In this document: positions 57,636-64,000 of the stretch, one piece after another
Position numbering within the stretch: the first letter of the stretch is position 1
Layout: the number at the start of each line of letters is the position of its first letter
Assembly (NCBI GenBank): GCA_964016885.1
Contig: OZ024761.1
Coordinates: forward strand, 17,236,001-17,300,000
Direction of reading: 5' to 3'
Source of the DNA: Eledone cirrhosa
Taxonomy: Eukaryota
DNA: 64,000 bases
The notes under the pieces: model-generated
Databases searched by the model: none
What the model saw: only the letters and a program-made list of their open reading frames with translations
Told to the model about the DNA's origin: nothing
Position numbers and translations under genes: made by a program

Positions 57636-57752
57636 AGTCAGTCGAAATGTAATGGAAATGGTAGATAAAAATAATAGGCCGATAATAAAAAGGGAAAATA
57701 AGCAAAAATAGGCAAAAATAAACAATAATAATAATTATAAGATGGTGTGGTG

Positions 57753-57783
<31 letters not shown>

Positions 57784-57954
57784 ATAAGGGCGCTGCGGAG
57801 TTGCAAATGGGTTACATATGAAAAAAGTTTGTCCTTCATCAGTGATCTTCCAACCATCATAGGCATTTCATCGCTTTAAAGACCATATACCTCCGGTTGG
57901 TGCGAGAAACGGCTAAAAAAAGACGTTGGGACACGTAAATAAAGGGGACGCGAG

Positions 57955-58019
<65 letters not shown>

Positions 58020-58412
58020 ATACTTGGGGAGGGTCATATTGTAATAATATTGCCAGAAATAATAACAGAACACTCTCTGTTTGGTTGGTTTTCGCTTCTG
58101 TATCTTTTATATCTCCACAGTTAATTCATTTGGTCCTCAATGTTATATCAAAAACCTCGCAAAACAAATATATATATATATATATATATTAGGCTAATTT
58201 ACAAATATATATATATACATTAGGCTAATTTACTTAGTCAAAAATATAACGGTGGCACTATTTTTACTAATTTCAAATTCTCCGCTGTTTCTAAACAAAA
58301 ACCGAAAAAGGTTTGTGTCTGATATCATCATCATCATCGTTTAACGTCTATCTTCCACGCTAGCATGGGTTAGACTGGAATTGTATGTATGTATATATAT
58401 ATATATATATAT

Positions 58413-58557
58413 ATAATATAAGATCAAAAGATGGTTAAAGGAACTCCTTTAACCATCTTTTGATCTTATATTATGCATACTCCAGTCCCACAAACTGTAG
58501 AGTGCTTCTTATCCGATATCTGCATTGCTTTATTGTACTACAATAAAACTCACCTCC

Positions 58558-58560
<3 letters not shown>
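58413..58560 (+). mobile_element. Family B element 3' part with a 30-bp fold-back hairpin
   Basis: Arms 58413-58442 / 58445-58474; body matches 53966-54088 and the reverse complement of 37528-37652. Confidence 0.8.
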
Positions 58561-58618
<58 letters not shown>

Positions 58619-58821
58619 AAAATGGCTTCTACAGGACTAAGAACTGTTTCATTCAAACAGTTCTAGTCCTGTAGAAGCCATTTCTATATTAAATATTTAT
58701 ACTCTATGTATTGAGTACATTACTGGGGTTACCCCTCCCCCATTGAACCAGGGATAAATATATATATAAATATATATCCAGGGATTGTAACGCGGAGTTA
58801 CTGTAGGTTCACCACAAATAA

Positions 58822-58900
58822 GGTCTGACGAGCCGCGTATTACAGAGTCTGTCTAGATCGAACCAACCTTGAGCTGATCGGAGGCGAAACGCGCGTCACC
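58822..58900 (+). ncRNA. Canonical minimal type I hammerhead motif (family F)
   Basis: GGT-CTGACGA-GCC..GGC-GAAA-CGCGCG-TC-ACC. GUC triplet (cut after 58897), palindromic CGCGCG loop, AATAAA 8 nt downstream. Confidence 0.8.
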
Positions 58901-58947
58901 AACCAATAAACGTAATGAAGGAGTAACCACTCGTCCTTGTTTTATTT

Positions 58948-58984
<37 letters not shown>

Positions 58985-59546
58985 TCGTTTGGAAGCCTCG
59001 ACAATGCAAATGGGTAAATCTCCGGGTAACAAGGTCCGGTGGTGGAGAGAGAGATGTAAGTGGGTGTACGTTGAGATGCGTGGTGTGTATAAGATGTGTA
59101 GAATGAAGGGAAGAGTATAAAGGATAAAATAAAAATAACAACACAAGAGAGAGTTACCTTGGGAGAGATTTAATAGTCCCTATATATTTCGGATTCACAT
59201 CCATCAACTGGGGTTTTTTTCCGGGGTGGGGGAAAAGGTTGTCTGTCGGACAAGTGCGGAACGCGTCCTTCGCTGTTTGTTGTTTTGAATATCTGAGGTA
59301 TTCGGCAGAGCGCGCGTGCGCGTGAAATGGGGTCGGTCGTACAGAGGTCAGCGGCCGAATGAGGGAGTGGGATGGCGCTAGCTGTCAGTCCATTCTCTGC
59401 CTGTTTGTTAAATGTTACTGTGTGTGTGTGTGCGTGTGTTGTTGTCTCGCTTGAGTGTGTGTGTGTGTGTGTGTGCGTGTGTGTGTGTAGTCTCGTTTGC
59501 GTGTGTGTGTGTGCGTGTGTTGTGTGTTGTTGCATCGCTTGTTAAC

Positions 59547-59983
59547 TTAAACCAGCCATCTCATTTCGCTTCTCTCTGATCGGTTGTTTATTTGCGGTTG
59601 CAGTCGTTTGATAAAAAGCGCTTCCTTGATACGTAACGTGCCGACGTTTCTTTCAGTCGCTAGAATTGTGACAATGGGATTCCATCTTTGCTTCCGCATT
59701 TGTCTATGTGTTTCCGGAAAGACGAGGCCCTGGTTTTAGTGTGTTCCTTGATCCGGATGTGCAAAGGTCGAATTGTGCTACCTATGTAGTATTGGTTGCA
59801 CCTGTCACATTCTATCTTATATACGACGTATGTGCGTAGGCAACAGTTCGTATGGCGTATCGGGCAGTCTCTGAGGGAGCATGCGTCAGTAAATTTTTCG
59901 GGTTTCCTGGAGAGGCATCTTCGCAGGGAGGGGCCCGAGTGGGCCAGGTGGATGTCGAGGCCCTCCCTCCGTATAGCCGTATT
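59547..59983 (-). pseudogene. Penelope-like element GIY-YIG endonuclease remnant
   Basis: Hand translation: AIRREGLDIHLAHSGPSLRRCLSR..CSLRDCPIRHTNCCLRTYVVYKIECDRCNQYYIGSTIRPLHIRIKEH..SSFRKH..C, one frameshift near 59680, then VTILATERNVGTLRIKEALFIKRLQPQINNRSE..*. Confidence 0.88.
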
Positions 59984-60203
59984 ATCATAGGAGAACTAGG
60001 TACTATCTCGAAGAGATTCCAAGGCTGATTAAAGAACATTAATTCAGGACCCCTTTTTTGGAACATCCCAGAAAGCATGCCCACTGGAAACAGCAAGTAC
60101 CCTCCAATATGTCCAGAATTATGAAAGACAAATCTAGCCTCGGCAGGATTTTAGCACAGAACACAAAGGGAAATAATCGAATCTCATAAAGTAGAGATGA
60201 TGA

Positions 60204-60327
60204 TGTGACAGACAGTCTAATAACCTAGGTATACACAGCCAGTAGATGACAGTCTAATAACCTAGGTATACACAGCCAGTAGATGACAGACAGTCTAATA
60301 ACCTAGGTATACACAGCCAGCAGATGA

Positions 60328-60329
<2 letters not shown>
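60204..60329. repeat. ~37-41-bp tandem repeat, 3 copies
   Basis: GACAGTCTAATAACCTAGGTATACACAGCCAG occurs three times. Confidence 0.9.
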
Positions 60330-61706
<1,377 letters not shown>

Positions 61707-61799
61707 GTGATGATACTGCTGTCTGGTGAAGGTAGACAAGTAATTTTCAAAATATAAAATTTTATTCATCTACATAAATATTTCACATCGTAAATTGGG

Positions 61800-61847
61800 A
61801 AAGAGAGATAGAGTGAGGGTGAGAGAGAGAGGGGGGAGCGAGGAGGG

Positions 61848-61896
<49 letters not shown>

Positions 61897-62023
61897 TGAT
61901 GTGGAGAGAGACATGGAAGAGTGTCAGAGCGAGTGATACAGAGAGAGAAGGGGAGAGAGTAGGATGAGAGAGGAGGAGAGGAAGAGTGAGAGAGGAGGAG
62001 CGATTGAGAAGATGAGTGAGAGA

Positions 62024-62055
<32 letters not shown>

Positions 62056-62345
62056 TGTGGGGAGATAGAGAGGGGAGAGAGTCAGAGAGAGAGAGAGAGA
62101 GGAGAGAGAGTGTGTGTGAGAGAGAGAGAGAAGTGTGGGGTAGAGAGGGGAGAGAGAGAGTTAGAGCGAGAGAGAAGATGAGTGAGAGAGTGTGTGTGTG
62201 AGAGAGAGAGAGATGTGGGGAGATAGAGAGGGGAGAGAGTCAGAGAGAGAGAGAGAGGAGGAGAGAGAGTGTGTGTGAGAGAGAGAGAGAGAAGTGTGGG
62301 GTAGAGAGGGGAGAGAGAGAGTTAGAGCGAGAGAGAAGATGAGTG

Positions 62346-62376
<31 letters not shown>

Positions 62377-62545
62377 TGTGGGGAGATAGAGAGGGGAGAG
62401 AGTCAAGTCAGAGAGAGAGAGGAGGAGGAGGAGGAGGAGAGAGAGAGTGTGTGAGAGAGAGAGAGAAGTGTGGGGGTAGAGAGGGGAGAGAGAGAGTTAG
62501 AGCGAGAGAGAAGATGAGTGAGAGAGAGAGAGAGAGAGAGAGAAT
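61800..62545. repeat. GA-rich low-complexity region with ~160-170-bp internal duplications
   Basis: GAGAAGATGAGTGAGAGAG recurs four times. Confidence 0.9.
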
Positions 62546-63611
62546 TAAATAATGAGAAAAATGGGAAAGGAGAAAGGAACATGGGAGAGAGAAACCATTC
62601 ACCCCTGGCTAGACGATATATATCAGCTGGTGAAAGTACTGCCGCGGGGAATAACCAGCGACACTCACTGCCTCATCCACTCTATTACAGACCCATTTAT
62701 GATCAAACGAGGTAATGAGGGGACCTTTACGTGCTCAATTGACGTGTTAGAAACAACAGCCAAATACTTCTCAAACCAAGTCCTAAAAACGATGAGAAAA
62801 AAAAAAAGCATAATGCAATCCAGTAGGGTCCATACATTTTTATTATCATATAACAAATATATAAGATTAAATAGAAATATATATGTATATATATAATCAA
62901 TTAATTATTGCTAGGAATCTTATAAATATAAAACACAAAATATATATATATAATCAAGGCGAGAACCCCCCCCCCCCCAACCACCACCACCACCACCACC
63001 ACACACACACAAAAAGCTCATCAATTCAATACCAAGTGCATTGATCTGTCACACACTACAAGGGTCATTTGGATTTTTTTTTCAAGGCAAGTCAATACGC
63101 TCGCAGGTAAGGCGCTGAAACACCCGAAAAACACCACCACCACCACCACCACCACCACCACCACCGCCACCACCATTAACAAAACAAACAAAAACGAATG
63201 AACCAAACAAAGACGAGATGGTCATGTTTGGAATACGTTTGATCATAGGTCTGCTGTATCTCCTTCCTCCTCAATCTAAATGTACTCCTCGGCTTGATTT
63301 TGCGGAGGAAAAATGGAAGTCCAAGGAGCAAGGGAGTCTATTGATGGGTCTGAACGGCGATCGACAGGAAAAGTTGCCGGTATTTGGCCGTCTTCCTCAC
63401 TTGTGTGGTGGTTTGAAAACCGAGGAGAAAGAGAGAGAGAGAGAGAGAGAGGGGGGGCGGACACGAGGTCTTGACGATGATGACCAACACAAAAAAGAAG
63501 CGGTCAATCAAGTCCTTTTCTACTAATTTCACAGGAGTTCGGTTTTAAAATTTTTTTTATGTATTTTGAAGAAATCTGACCTTCAAAACCATCATTAAAT
63601 TATTCTCTATT

Positions 63612-63800
63612 TGGCGGTGGATTGGCAGTATCGGTAGAGGGTCGCGCGCCATGATTTCCAGCATAGTTGCGTCCCTTTACGATCTGAGTTCAAATCCCGC
63701 CGAGGTTGACTTTGCCTTTCATCCTTACGGGGTCGATAAAATAAAGTACCAGTAATGTACTGAATAATTGCTGGTCTTGTGCCTAAAGTAGAAACAATTA
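63612..63800 (+). mobile_element. Full tRNA-derived SINE with Meta-domain-like core
   Basis: TGGCAGTATCGG A-box-like, GAGTTCAAATCC B-box, GCCTTTCATCCTTACGGGGTCGATAAAATAAAGTACCAG. Further 3' fragments at 12845, 27221, 44845 and 56757. Confidence 0.85.
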
Positions 63801-64000
63801 AATTATACTCTATTTAGTTACATGGGAGTTGGTTGAGGTGGTGAGGGTGGTCTGTTAGCTCTGGGGTTCTCGGGTTTAGAAGATATTACACGGGCGTCGC
63901 TTTAGAGGTGATATTTATGTTTCTCCTATAATTTTTGACGTTTTAAACAAATGTGGCTTTTAAAAATGTAGGAAAAATTTAACATAGAAATGGCTTCTAC

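Noticed and set aside
62550-63530. Short ORFs in unique-looking sequence
   Set aside because: No recognisable domain or convincing splice-site pair. The region may be regulatory but this cannot be supported from sequence alone.

Overview
This is AT-rich, repeat-saturated eukaryotic (animal) DNA. The SINE/LINE types and the very long (TA)n arrays suggest a cephalopod such as Octopus, which is inference only. Almost all long ORFs in the supplied track are microsatellite artefacts (poly-IY, poly-V, poly-S/G). Real coding remnants are transposon fragments: several RTE-clade LINEs, a Tx1/L1-like end, a CR1/L2-like end, two Helitron Pif1-helicase pieces, an internally deleted Merlin (IS1595/ISXO2-like) transposon with TIRs and a 9-bp TSD, and a Penelope-like GIY-YIG endonuclease that the ORF track missed. 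One candidate host exon encodes a signal-peptide-like sequence ending in a consensus splice donor (minus strand, 47071-47212). The main hidden signal is a dense population of about 16-18 minimal type I hammerhead ribozyme motifs (CUGANGA-stem II-GAAA-short, mostly palindromic loop-UH-stem I). They belong to several distinct short non-coding element families that mostly abut (TA)n runs. Many form fold-back inverted repeats, show compensatory base changes around a conserved C.C mismatch, and share a T(T/C/A)GAGT(A/G)CT-like motif about 50-70 nt from their 3' ends. This looks like a Penelope/retrozyme-type ribozyme-processed retroelement system. All calls were made by eye; no database search or folding software was run.
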